This document shows, one piece after another, positions 1-13,660 of a stretch of 64,000 nucleotides of DNA. The stretch comes from Euprymna scolopes (taxonomy: Eukaryota). The stretch lies in the NCBI GenBank assembly GCA_053919585.1, contig CM132807.1; one strand, 5' to 3'. The notes beneath the pieces are model-generated. The model worked only from the letters and a program-made list of their open reading frames with translations, searched no databases and had not been told where the DNA came from. The stretch's first letter is position 1; each line of letters opens with the position of its first letter. The translations under genes and the position numbers were made by a program.

Positions 1-1023
1 TATATAATACCCCATATATTACATACGGACTTGTCGGTCGAATTTATTGAATAATTTATCTAGGAAAATATATCGACGACGTTTGGTTTAGCAACAGATT
101 ACGAGATCGCGCGACAAAAATATTTGCTATCAAGAAGATAACAACAAAACGGTCAACCTCGACCAACGTTTTTTTTTAATTTCATAAAGTAACTACAAAC
201 TAAATGATTATGCGACAATTGTAAGATCCCAACTCAGAGTTACGATGAACCAATTAACATAACTGCAAACTATTTCAAACGTACTTTTATTTGAATATTT
301 AAAACGTTTCTATATTCACGCCAAGTATACGTTGACTCTAGGCTAAAGTTTTCTTGAGGGATCGATCTCCTTAAAAAGTGTTGGTTTAACTGCATGCACT
401 CTCAGGAAACCAATATCATTTAGAACGGCCTAATAGACGTAAAACCTTTTTCTTAGCTGGTCTTAACGAGTTAAAAATTAGTTATTTTGAATGTATAGAT
501 TTTGTTCTTATTGCTTCGATGTTACTTTTCTACTGCGTAACATATTGGTTATGCACGAAGATTGACCTGTATAAATATTTGATATGTAGACGAGAACATA
601 TAAACTATATTAAGCTGCCATATTGCAAGGTCTTCCTATACTGATTGCTAGCCAGCGCCGTATAAAAATATAAACAAACCAACTTGAAAACATCATTGAA
701 TCAGCTGGCAAAAAGTTTGTTCCTGTTTCGAAAGGAGGTATTCAAACATCGTGTTTACGTTACTCAGTTTCCACACTCAGAAAATCTTGAGAATTTCTAC
801 AATTGTTATACTTTTCTAACGAAAATTTTATTCAACAACTTTGATTCGTTCACTGACGATCATATTTCGCTGGACAGAGCGAGAAGTCTCTCTCATGGAA
901 AATATTTTTTCGGAATCGATCAATCCATTGAGGCATAATCGTTTTGTAACAACATTATCGATATGTGACATAGAATCTGTTGCCATTCGGTGAGTCAAAG
1001 ACATTTACACTGAGGAACACATA

Positions 1024-2675
1024 CAGTTGTGCGCAAAAGTATTCGACCCCTACCAAAATTGTCTTATTTCTTTGAATGGATACTTCAATAATCTTTAAAA
1101 CCTTCTTTAACGACTAAGTTCGAACAAACTGTATAGTTTTCAACAAAAAATAATAAAAAGTAATTAGTGCTTGATAATATAAATAAATTTATTTACAAAA
1201 ATGAAAAATATGGATGTTGCAAAAGTATTCGACCCCTTTTCATTAATACTTGGTTGAGGCTCCTTTGACCTTGATTACTCCAAGTAAACGTTTCCTATAA
1301 CATCTAACGAGACTTCTACATCTGTCCACTGGAATTTTAAGCCACTCTTCTTGCCAGTACTGTTTTAATTCAATCAAATTAGATGGTTTTCTTTTATGTA
1401 CCGCAATTTTTAAATCATGCCATAAGTGCTCAATCGGATTAAGATCTGGAGAGTGGGAAGGCCATTCTAGAACTTTCACCTTATTATTCTTTAACCATGC
1501 CTTAGTGCTCTTTGAAGTGTGTTTAGGATCGTTGTCCTGTTGAAAGGTATACCTCCTTCCATGCCTCAACTGCTTCGCAGACGGAACAAGATTTTCTTTC
1601 AGTATGGACTGATATTTTACTGAATCCATTCTTCCATCGATTATGGTTAATCTTCCAGTTCCATTTATACTGAAACAGCCCCACACCATGATTGATCCAC
1701 CTCCATGCTTAACGGTTGGAATGGTATTCTTCACATTATAAGCAGTATTTTCTTTTCGACAAACATAGCGTTGCTGGTTGCGTCCAAATAGTTCCACTTT
1801 CGTTTCCTCTGACCAAATTATATTATTCCAGTAATTAGTAGGCATTTCTAGGAACGTTTTTGCAAAATTTAATCGAGCCTTTTGATGAGCTTTGGAAAGT
1901 AAGGGCTTCCTTCTGGCAATACGTCCATGCAATCCGGCACGATTTAATGCCCTACGAATAGTTGACAAGTGTACATCTGAGCCAGCATTCTTCAAATCGT
2001 TCTGCACGTCCTTTAGGTTAGATTTAGAGTCTATTGAAACTTGTCTAACAATTTTCCTAGCCCCACGTGTCGTAATTTTTCTTGGACGACCTGATCTTGG
2101 AAGACTTGATACAATCCCTTTTACTTTCCATTTTTTGATAATGGACATAATAGTCGACCGTGGTATAGAAAAACGTTTGGAAATTTTTTTATAACCTTCT
2201 CCAGACTGGTAGGCATCGATTACTTTCTTTTTAATATCTTCAGAGTACTCCTTGTTCTTTGTCATAGTTGCAGATTTGTTGACGTTGAAAAAGAATTTTT
2301 TTTTACTTGAAACAATTATTCAATCATTCAATATGGCATTGAAGTTCAATTTGCACTAATTTTAGATTCAGTACAGTCATAAATATTATTTATAGGAAAT
2401 AAATACAAGGTCAGACTAAAATAATAAACTTAATGACGCTTTTATTTAAACTTTAAATTAAAGGGGCCGAATATTTTTTAAACATCCATATTTATATTTT
2501 TTGTAAATAAATTGATATATATTATTAATCTCGAATTACTTTTCCTCATTTATTGTTGAAAAATATACAATTTATTCATAATTAGCCGTTAAAAGGCATT
2601 GTGAAGATTTTTGAAGTATAGATTCAACGAAACAAGAAAATTTAGACAGGGGTCGAATATTTTTGCGCACGACTG
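1024..2675 (-). mobile_element. Full-length Tc1-family DNA transposon with long IR/DR-type inverted repeats
   Basis: Left end TA|CAGTTGTGCGCAAAAGTATTCGACCCC (1024) mirrors right end GGGGTCGAATATTTTTGCGCACGACTG|TA (2675). TA target duplication. Inner copies of the terminal motif at ~1219-1238 and ~2461-2480 give IRs of ~215 bp. Transposase ORF inside. Confidence 0.95.
1243..2265 (-). CDS. Tc1 transposase (340 aa, DD34E-type; first catalytic D replaced by E)
   Basis: N-terminal HTH region with GRPRK linker, KHGGGSIMVWGCFS, FQQDNDPKH, then SPDLNPIE with 34 residues between D and E. WSEETK occurs where the family has WSDE. Confidence 0.93.
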   Translation of the reverse strand: MTKNKEYSEDIKKKVIDAYQSGEGYKKISKRFSIPRSTIMSIIKKWKVKGIVSSLPRSGRPRKITTRGARKIVRQVSIDSKSNLKDVQNDLKNAGSDVHLSTIRRALNRAGLHGRIARRKPLLSKAHQKARLNFAKTFLEMPTNYWNNIIWSEETKVELFGRNQQRYVCRKENTAYNVKNTIPTVKHGGGSIMVWGCFSINGTGRLTIIDGRMDSVKYQSILKENLVPSAKQLRHGRRYTFQQDNDPKHTSKSTKAWLKNNKVKVLEWPSHSPDLNPIEHLWHDLKIAVHKRKPSNLIELKQYWQEEWLKIPVDRCRSLVRCYRKRLLGVIKVKGASTKY

Positions 2676-4457
2676 TATATGTTTTGTATCAATTACACAT
2701 TATGTCTTGTTAAGTTTAATGAGGAAAAATGGGTCGGCTAGGATAAACGTAAAAGCACTATGATAACAATGAATATCTGTTTATATAAAAGTTTGAATTG
2801 TACTACATTTATTATTTTCACATTAAACGAACGAATACATAACATTTATGATACTATAATACTACTGTGATACTTTCAAATAAAAAACTGACTGCCTACA
2901 TAGATAATAGCAGTGGCATTAATATTAACATCCGTTAATAATACTAACTCTTTTACACTAACAAAAATGTTCGAATACGTAACATAGTTTCGATTATAAA
3001 CATACTTAATCTCAATTATAATAGTATTCTAACTCACTTAGAGTTTTCACGCCAATCCTTATTATAGGTGATAACTATTATGTTTCAAAGTACTCAAAAT
3101 ATATACTCATATCATTGTTATTGTAGTGTTATTCCCTTTCTCTAAACTTTACGTGTGTGTCATTATATGTCTGTTCGTTCATTTCAAATAGCACAATAGA
3201 TTAACGTCTTACTATTATCGAATACAATTTCCGATTTAATCATCAACCGTCTCTTACTTTCAGCATTTACAATTCACAAACTAAACATTGCAAAGTTCGC
3301 TAACCCTCATGCCAGGAAAGAATATATCATTTTGAAGATTCGGAAAATAAACTTCGTGCTTCGAGAAAGGGAGAAGAAAGAAGCAAAGAAAGCACCGCAA
3401 AAAGAAAAAGTGAAGAAATTGACATGTCTTATCTTCAAAGAAATAATCTGATCGGTTTTTACTTCATCATTTGAAACAATACATACGTAGTTTCGATAGT
3501 AAGATCGTTGTCAATTCCTTTCAAGTCATAAAGGACTTAATTGCTTTTTGTTGTAAAAAAACATTTGATGTACTGACTTTTAAATCGTTGCACCGATGAA
3601 AGGAAATTTGAAAACAAAAGAAATCACTTTATACAAAATGTCAGTTAATAACAAACCAATGGCTGTTAAAACATGATGTTCTTACAGCAGACAGCTTCCC
3701 TTGATAATTCTATTCGCTCATATGTTTTGTTATCTGTTACTATATGGCAATTGCTATTTCGGCTATGTTTACAAAATTAATGTCAACTGATTAAATGGAG
3801 TAAAAGACAAAAAATGACCCTGAAGCGTTATTTGTAATTACAATTATTGCTAAATTTTACAAATAGTTATAAACTTTTGAAAAAAGTTGTTATAGTTTGG
3901 AGAATAATGAGTATGAAAGAAGCGCAAGAGAAAGCAACACCATTCTAATAGTGATAAGCTTATCAATTCGCTGGGAAGAAGTTGAGGACGATTGAAAACT
4001 AGTTTTAATAGGAACAATATTATCTATTCGTTAGGGCTTCGAGGTAGAGAGAGAGAAAGAGAGAGAGAGAGAGGGAGTAAAACGATAATAACCTCTTAAG
4101 TTACAAACTTATTCAAATAGATATCGCATACATGAGAAGCAACTGGAAATCGGGGGGGGGGGAGGAACAAGAGGCAGAAATTGTGCTTCGTATTGTGTTT
4201 TCCCTTTTGAACCGTAAATTCCTTACAGCTAAAATGCTACTTATAATCTATACTGGTGTTATAGTTTTTTTTATTTCTTATTTAAAATCAAAGAAAAACA
4301 CAGCTCGATTAAAGTAACATTACGCTAAGGCAACACCGGAGGGATTCAGATATATTGATGTATAAACAAGAATATATTTATTAAATCTGAACTAAAGGAA
4401 AATGTGATCGACTAATCTTCTAATGATGAATACACACACGTGCACGCACATACATAC

Positions 4458-4503
<46 letters not shown>

Positions 4504-6914
4504 TTGATGTCGTTTAACTGTCAACTAACTACTAACTAGATTATGTGTCCAATCGAAGGGTATATTTTAATCTAATGCTTAATGTGAAAAGTACTTCAAT
4601 CTGAATAATTTAAATCATTCTACGAATTTACTGAAACGATAAAGTGTTAAATAAAAGAAATTAGTCGAAAATTATCATAATTCTGAAAAAGAATTCTTTA
4701 TGTCAGTGTAATAAACTGTCGCATGCCTGTAATGAGATAACTTTATGTATTTTTTGTTGCAAACACTGAGGATTTTTTTAACAAATATACATTTTAGGGT
4801 GGTGGGTCAGTTGGGTGTCTCTACAGATGTTCTGCGATGATTACAATTGTAAGAAAAGCTGTCACTTAGAATATATATTTATGCCATAAATCAGCCTATA
4901 CAACGACATGAAAACCTGTTTGCTACCATGATCAGTGACTACAACCAGATTACTCGGCAAAACAATTATTTGTAAAACCCTAACCCAAGTTCCCTCCCCC
5001 GTTACCCTGTTTTTACACAACACCCGTTTTGTTAGTAATTTTTCTCATGATGTGAACTGATATCCAAGCGAACAAGACAAACGAAACTTTCTTTAACTGA
5101 TTCGTCTCAGCATAATATAAGCAAGTAATCCCAATATTTGTAGATATATTTGAACCAATGCTATTACAAAATATTTAATCGAATTATCTAGTAGAGTTTC
5201 GAAGATATTGCGTCATATAGGTAATTTATAGACAAATCGTATATTAGATTTCAAATGTTGTATAATAAACAAGAAAAACGCACCTGATTATTCTATTCAT
5301 ACATAATCAATAAATAAAAAATCCGAAAGGAATTTCACTCGTATTCGGAAATTTTATCAATAATGCCTCCTCTAGTTAGCTCAATTTGAGCGAAGACATC
5401 ATGTATGTCAGCAATTAAAATATTGTATTAAAGTTTCGATTAAAATATTGGATTTTATACCCCGACAGTATCGTCTTACATAAATAAAATATCTAGTCGT
5501 GTATTTGGGCGATGCTAGATGACTGAAATACTCATACATATTAGTGAAGCCATATTGGATACTTGTATGAAAATTGAAGTAATAAATCTTATCAGGCGAA
5601 CATGTAAATGTATTTTAGGAAGAAATTTACGTTAAAAAGTATTAAAGTAAACAAAATTTTTGAAGATATTTCCATTTGTTTTCGTTTCATTATGAATGAA
5701 TTATTAAGCATTTTCGTATTAAATATAAAGTTATTTTAAGATGAGAAAATAAAGTAAACATGATAATTTTTTGTTTTTACTGAGAGTACACCGAAGGGCA
5801 TTGTATGTTATCACTTAAAGGATTTCTCTCCAAAGAACGGCAAATAAGAATGCGAACCTTGCGACAAAACTGGCTCATACGAATAGTAAAATATAAAATG
5901 TTGATATTATTAACCCAGGTTTAAGAGAAATATACAGCATGCAATTTTAAAAACAGACTTTAATTTATTCCTGCCCGAGAAAAGGCGTCGGTTTAATAAA
6001 AATGTGTCAAATATTTTCTGCGAAAACATGTTTTTACTGCTACAGCAAACTTAATACAACGATCGCGCGCAACAAGGCGGCGGGAAAACACGCCAACGGA
6101 GGTGCTATGATAACAGCGGTAGCAGATCTGAGTGTGATAGAGAACACTTTCTGATTATCCTTATGTATTAATGTCTAAAACCTAAATATCAGCAAGATTA
6201 AATATGAAAATAAGATAATTAGAACAAAACTTCGTACATAGTTTTTAAACATACGTAAAATAAATGGCCTAAATGGCGTCCGAAATAGATTTGTATAGGA
6301 CATTTTTTGTTAGAAAGATATGTCTTTCAAGAGTACGAGGAAAATTGCACTATACTTGATATAAATATATAAATAGGTTTAATCTATACGATATGTCAGT
6401 AATAATTATGTAATGGCAATGCCTAACACCTTATTCAGATTTAATTTTAAGATAAAATAACGTTGATATATTTCTTGTCTATTCCTTTGGTGATACTTTT
6501 GATTCTTTATTAGTCTTTCCGCATTAATGTTTTAATTTCTGTCTGTGTACTCCTTTTGAATGCCTCATGTGCATATTTAGATAAAGTTTTAGTGAAAACT
6601 TGACATGTTAAAGTTTGAAGACAAAAACTTTTTAAACTGAAGAAGCGACATTAATATTAGTGCGACAGAACACATTTCTACCGTAGGTTTCCTTCCCAAC
6701 AAAACGATTCAATGCAAAAACCGAGACATAATGACGGAAGTTGTTTATAAATTCAAGGTAAAACCTAGAGATTTAAAACTTACGGATATCAATATATTTA
6801 AACATAAGTTCTTATGAAAACTAAACAGAATTTTTAACAATCACATAAATTTTATAGACATTTATTGTGTGAAACTCTCGAGCAGGCCATCGACATATTT
6901 TAACCTTACCATAG

Positions 6915-9290
6915 TATTATGGAGTTCATTGATAATAACCGAAAGGAACACAGGATTTTTAGGAACGAAACATGCATTCACATATATTACAGGCAAAGTG
7001 AGTTGAGTAATACCATTCCTCAACGGTTGGGCGTTTGCACCAGACCTGCTTGGTCGCGTGCCAATGTCACTGTCGGGCATCGGTACTCCATACCGGAAGT
7101 AACGTCACAAGAAAAAGTGACGTCATGAGATAGTCCATTAATCCCATAGGGAGGGCATTTCCAACCCAAGCTTTTTGTTCGTAAAAGCTGTCAGTACTTC
7201 TTCCTTTTAGGGTTTACCATCAATGGCTCGGTAACCTTTCTCTTACGGAACGACCGTCGTAGTTCAGGTGTTGGTTGAGGAGGTTCAAGATCAAAAGTTT
7301 CGAAGTGTCTATCAGCTCATCTTCCAATGGTGGATTGTCGCTGGTTTCAACTGATCGACATCTTCTTAATTGGTTCTCGTGACGTTTGCTGCGCTTCCGT
7401 AGACGAGTCTTCTACTCTATGACAAAATTCATTCATAATTCCCACAATTCGAATCGCTCCATCCAATCAGTACCGAACAAGTTTTCGGATGTCCTATGTA
7501 CACACACTTTCACTTTTTAGTAACACCATTTAAAATCACCGGGAGTGTGATGTATCCCTCAAATTCCACTTTATCACCTGTCACAGCTCAAGCTGATTTG
7601 TTTGTCTTCCGCATGGTTGGCTTCCTTAGCCTTTTCCACGTCTTAATGTTAATGATGGACAGCTCTGATCCGGAATCCAATTGTAGATGCACAGTTTTAT
7701 TTGAGATGTTAACTTTGACATATTTGTGCCGGTTCTTATCCGAGTCCAAGTCGAATCTAGTCTGTCGGACGCTGTTCTTGACCTTTTTCTTCCTACACCG
7801 GGTCGCTTTGTGGCTCTTCCTGTCACATTCGTAGCAAAACTTATGTTTATAAAAACATTGACTCGACTAATGTTTCCCGCCGCAGCGATAGCACGGGCTT
7901 GTAGGGGATCCGGATCTTGTGATTGGGTTGTACTTATTAGGTGTAGCCTGAGTTTTACTTACATCTAACTTTGCTTTTTCGAGTTGTTCCTTGCGCTGAC
8001 TACCCGTTAACAATTCTCGAACAACTTCTGGAGGATGAGGCCCTTTTCGCTCCTAAGTCGTCATATAATCTCAGGGTTTTTGGATGAGACTAGACCCTGC
8101 GCAAAAATTAAACACTTGAAGTCATCTGCCGATAAGTCATATGGACGGAAATAATCGCCGTGTTTATTTACCACGGACGCGAAGATTAGGTAATCATCGT
8201 CGTTGCTTTTTTGCAGGTTCAAGTACTTCGATTTTCTATGAAAGAGCGTAGAATTCGGGCTAAACAGTTCGGATAAAGTTTGACCGCTTCAGAAAATTCC
8301 AATTCACTGGTCTTCCTGAGGAGAATATAATCCACAAACTTGCTATGTTCTGTAGACACTAATTTTCTCAAAAGTAGGCGATAGAAAGCGTCAAACGTCC
8401 CATCCAACTTCGGTTGGTAGTTGAACGTTTCTATAGCGTTCCATATTGTACTTTGGGAAAAAGCAAAACTCTCGTCCCTGTGTTCAGTTCTATCGAATAT
8501 TTTTAACAAATTCTTGTTTCTGTTATTGAAGTAACATTCTCTTCCCCAACGCTTGTTGTCTCTCTTGAAATTGTAACTGGAGCTGTTTTTCACGTGCTTT
8601 TAAATTTTCCTCAGCCATCTGCTGCTGGTTCATCTGGGCCTTGATTAGCTGTATTAATACTGCTTTAACGTCCTTCATCTTTCAATGGCTTTTTTCCAAA
8701 CGTACGAAATTATTTCCGTTTTTGACCGTAGAAGAGAGATAAAATAAAAAAAGAAAAAAGAAAATGTTCTTTCCTTGAGTGCATAAAAGGCGGGAGCAAT
8801 GTATCCCTTACGTCTTACTTAGATATAACCCAATATGAGGGTGGGCAATTTTTTTAATTGCTAACCAAAACACAAAAAATAAACATGTGCTGTGATAAAA
8901 TACAGTTGCAAAAGAAAAAAAAAATAATAGCAGAATTGTCTGGCAGTTAACCAAAATGGCTGTTTTTGTATGTGTTGGGGGGGGGGGGAAACGCGGCAGA
9001 AAAAATGTTCACTTTAGAAACGACAGTTAAAAATAGAATATTTCCTAAAATTCAATTCAATGTAAGTTTCTTTTAGTCCAAGTAAAACGAAAAGAGGGGA
9101 AAACATTCCTCTCCCGTTAAAATATTGCATAAAGTTAGCAGCACAAAACAAAGCCAGAAAAACTTTTCACTTCATTTGAAAAAAAATTCAAATTTGCATA
9201 CAAATAAACAGCCGACAGTTTACAATAGGATTGCCCTCGCGGTGAAAATTGGGTCAACATTTTTCTCTTTTTTCTTTCTTCTTTCAAATT
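6915..9290 (-). mobile_element. Internally deleted Ty3/gypsy (Mag-clade-like) LTR retrotransposon: leader, gag, protease, integrase tail, 3' LTR
   Basis: Minus-strand translation gives double zinc knuckle CYRCGGKH*SSQC...CYECDRKSHKATRC (~7790-7895), protease QLDSGSELSII (~7652-7683) and NLFGTDW (~7462-7482), then directly the integrase tail RHENQLRR and LRRSFRKRK...KY*. The LTR at 6915-7166 matches 62219-62588. Confidence 0.85.
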
Positions 9291-9299
9291 GAATTTGAC

Positions 9300-9850
9300 T
9301 CGTAAGAAGACAGGCGTGTACATGCACACAAGTATACAAAGTTTCTTGGACTGGCCAAGAGGGCTCCTCCACCAGGACCAAGATAGGGTTATCATGACTG
9401 CTCAAAATCAGGGATTGATGATCAATGACTTTAAGACTATGTCAGGTTTTATTAACGACAACAGATGCAGGTTTTGCCACACGAAATATCGTTATTGTTG
9501 TTGGAACTGACGCAACTGTATCAAGTTCACCATACAAATATCAAATTACAAAGTTCACCATACATGTAATCCTTACAACCACCTTCCTCGGAAATGCTGC
9601 TGAGCTATCAATCATCCAAGTTATTATAGGTTCCACATGGAACATGAAAAAGAACTTTAAGACCTATCTAACCATTATTCTTTGTGAACCAAGTTCAAGA
9701 AAGATCTAGACAATTGCACTTAAGGAGACAATGAGGATCCCGAAAAGAGCTCTCGGCTTGAGTCAATAAAAAGTGAGTGAATGCTGGTATCTGGATTAAC
9801 TGCGCTGTATCCAACTTCTAACCCCAAAATAAGGTAATTAAAAAGAGGAA
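9300..9850 (+). mobile_element. 3' fragment of an R4/Dong-like (RLE-type) non-LTR retrotransposon
   Basis: WPRGLLHQDQDRVIMTAQNQGL...CRFC resembles the W..G.L....E..I.AAQDQ.L...CR.C motif. IIQVIIGSTW and ALKETMRIPKRALG resemble the clade's C-terminus. Frameshifted. Confidence 0.65.
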
Positions 9851-11099
9851 AAATGAATGTAGAGAAAAATTGTAGACATGATTCTGGAGTGCCTCTCTCT
9901 GTACTAGGGTTTAGGAGAGGCTGTTGCATGAGGACACTTCTCATCGGAAGTAACCGCATATTCAGAAACATCATATGCTGTCTTTTTATATTAATAGTGG
10001 GCAGAGTTTAATACCAAATAAGAAGCCATAGACAATGAGGAATTAACTAATGAAAATAAAATGATTAAAAATACCCGCAGGCCGGCACCCCGGATAAAAA
10101 TGGAGCATCAATTCGTTCATGCACCAGGTAAGTAATAGTATAAACCTTCCATCATCTTGAAATGGCACTATTACCACGAGAAAAGCGAACCGAAGTTAGC
10201 CATCAGATTTTGAAAAAAGTCCCGACCTCCTCTCGAAACAAACTCTAGCATCTAAAAATATTAGAGGGTGAAAAGCTCAACCAAAGTCAGTTGCAGTAAA
10301 GGCGGCGTTTGTTTTGCAACCACTATTCAAAGATTGAACAGTTGAGGAAAAGTTCAAACGGAGACAGAAGGCTAGATGAAAGAACAAAGAAAAAGTGATA
10401 CTGCTATAGTTTATTGGCGATGCTCGAGCCAAACAGATGCAGAAGACAGAGACCTGGAGGGGAAAATTCTTCCATCTCTGTCCAGACAAGAAAAATATTT
10501 CACACATAAAAATTACCTACCAAAGACATAACAGCAGGAAGTTGTTCAGTGAGACTGAGCTAGACCATAAAAGATAAAAAAATAGCAGCGCTCATAAGTA
10601 AGAAAAAGCGTCTATTGGAAAATTCTATCAAGATTCACGCACTTGCTGGCACCGGTGAGGGCACCACCTCATCAGTCATTTGCTTGTCCAAACGAACATC
10701 CTGGGCCCATGACATGGCACCACAGATCCAGTTCACCATGAGAATCCCCACTATAAAGTGGTTCTCAGACAAATCTCCCACTACCATCAGCTATCTATTC
10801 ACAACCACTGAATAGCTCTACTATCTGAACAGCTCTACAATAAATTCTTCTACACTATGGTCAATAACTGAATAACCACTCTCATCAGAAAATAATTGCA
10901 AGGCCCAGAAGATGAACAATTTTCCCTGGAAGAACTTTGTAACACGATTGAATATGTAAAGTTGATGAAAATGCAGTTCAACTATTAAAAGCTCAAGCTT
11001 TAAGAGCAACCAAGGCAGTTATGAAAAGCACCAATGTCACCCTTAAATACTTATTCCCTGAAACATATACCTCACGAAGCTGAACCAAATACATATGCT

Positions 11100-13660
11100 G
11101 CGGAAATCTACATTGTCAGAAAAATAAACACCCATTCAATTTTAAAAACTGTGAGTTCAGAGAAAAACTTGTTCCATCATGGAAACGGAAACTTCAAAAT
11201 CGATTGAATCTGTATAGAAATGAGTTGTTTCAGATCAGACCATTACTCGTCGCCCCTACTGTGCGGAAGTGGTTGAAAAATATCATCGCTGGATAAGTTC
11301 TAGCATAGTGTAAATATGGAGGAGATTGAGCATGTAACAAAGGAAGGTGAAGGGAAAATTTCTCACTTGCCAAAAAAGGATCCGAATAATGGCTAATAAA
11401 CGTGGGCGAAAATCAAAAACAAACTTTTTAAAAAGAATGCGAGATTACTCTACATATATCTCACAAGTGACACAGTCACGGCAGAAAAGCCATTGACAAA
11501 AAAGCTTTCTGGATGCCTTTGTTTGATGAAGAAGAACGCTGCAATCAAGAGGCTAAGTCGATCCTGGAAATAGCCCGCAAAAATACTACAGCAAGCCAGA
11601 AATGGCAGAGCTAGTTATAACATCCTGTGCGATTAAACGAAAGTAGGATCGAGTTGAGAATAACAAAAACCTGGAACAACTTATTTAATTCCTGGCTTAA
11701 ACAGCTAGTAACACTTCATAATCATTATGGTAGCTTCTTCACCAACTCTTGAGAAACAAGAGAGAGACGTGGCTATTAAAAGGTAATACTACTCTCATAG
11801 GTTAACGGAGTTAGACACAATGCCATACTAAATATAGATCCACTCGAAGACCGTCAAGCATATCATAATGTGCCCCACATAGGAATACTGCGATTCCTCC
11901 ATTTATATTAGTTTCATAATATATTTAAGAAAATGATGACTGAACACATCAAGATATGCCCGACAACAATGACATTAAACCACAGTAATGGAAAAACAAC
12001 AAATACTGCCGTAAAGATCTGGATATGAATTTTCCAAAAGAATAGTTTATGTCCTTTGCGCTTTTATTTGACGATATATTCGCGAAGTTTCAATTTTTTT
12101 TATCGTGAGAGGGTATGATTAAAGAAGATTGGAAGGTTCTAGTTATAGATACTGTATATTGGATAGGAACTAACCAATCAAATCGAGCTACGTTCTGCTA
12201 ACAACCAATCAGAAACCAGAATTGCTCCATAAAATATTGAATATTTCAGCATTCCTGCACATTGTTTTTCATGTCTTCCCACTAAAATAAATTTTCTTTC
12301 CGTCTGTAGACTTTTACAACCCGACACTTGTACAAACTGACTTACCAACGAAAACATTATTCTTCGTCATTCACTTGGCTTTTAAAATTGAAAGATTCTC
12401 TGAATGATGACTGTCATTTTGTTAGGAACAATTTTTTCTATTCTTTTGAAGCCAATAATGGCTTTCAATTCAAAACTTTTGCTCTTTTGCTTGGAAATAT
12501 ATCCGCAAAGTAAGGTCCACGAAGAAGACCCAAACAAAAAAAATCAACCACCAAGCTTTCGTGGATGACCTCAAGCTGAATGCCAGTTCAGACGTTGAAT
12601 TAATCGTCTCTTACAGATTCTACATAAAATTTAAAAGTATATTGAATGGAATTGGGCTTGAAAAGTATTCCATCAGAGCAGTGAAAACATACAGCTTGAC
12701 GAGTGTACTAACATCAAAGATCTACAAGGACAAGAATAGATGAAATACTTTGGCATAGAAAATAAAAACAACTAAATCCAACATGGCAACACATAATCAA
12801 CCTATGCAGGGAATATGAACGCCGGGTACGAAGAGTTTGCGAAACAGCTAACAAATAAAAACATTAACCAGTATTTCATGCCAATAGTAACATACAACTT
12901 TAGCATTAACAGGTTTGACACTTCAACAAAGAAAATGCTGACACTACAGAAATCAGTGTCTACCAAAGCTGTATCTGTCCAAAGGCGTAGGTGGTATGGG
13001 CTTCTCAGAAATTGACCACCAACACTGAGTTACTATTGTGTGCACCGGGTAATATCTGATGAGCCCTTAGAATTTAAACCTTAAGATGATATATAGAACA
13101 CCAAAAAACAAAGGCCAGTAGAACTACCTCCATTACAAAGTGGCCAAACTTTTTGGACAAGACTATCTTAGAAATTGTCCCGGAAACAAAACACAAGCCT
13201 GCAGCGGAAATAGTCCGGAAGAGCCAACAAAATATCTTCCACTACAGAAAACTAGAGGAATGGACATACAAACAGCGTATCAAGTATTTCCTGGATGAAT
13301 TATCGCAGGAATATATGAATTAAGAAGGTTTTTATACTGGGGAGAATGATGCTAGCCGTCCCTGATCAATACTTTTAAGAAAACGTGTGGTCTCAGTAAT
13401 AGCAACAAGGCCAGATTCACACAAAAGTAGAGAGTGCGAGCCATCTTGCTTCCAGTTTTAAAGTATTGCTAGGGGACGGCTATTATACAATGCGACAGAA
13501 TAGGGTTTGCAAATATCGTCACTAGAAAACGTAAAATCAAAAGATCTCGATCATTCTAGTAAATATAAGAACAATCTACCTTCCTAAATATACCCGGTTA
13601 ACCAAGTGCAAGAGAAATACAAATAATTGGACTTAACAGAATGGTTAAAATCTTTAAAAT
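11100..13660 (+). mobile_element. Degenerate R4/Dong-like non-LTR retrotransposon (RT plus zinc finger region)
   Basis: Decayed motifs in order: IFQKNSLCPL (~12030), INHQAFVDDLKL (~12543-12580), KYFGI, INQYFMPIVTYNF, LYLSKGVGGMG, ESASHLASSFKVL...YYTMRQNRVCKYRH. Many stops and frameshifts; boundaries approximate. Confidence 0.7.

Noticed and set aside
9880-9965. HDV-like ribozyme at a putative R4 5' end
   Set aside because: Only a 7-bp hairpin is visible; I could not build the nested double pseudoknot.
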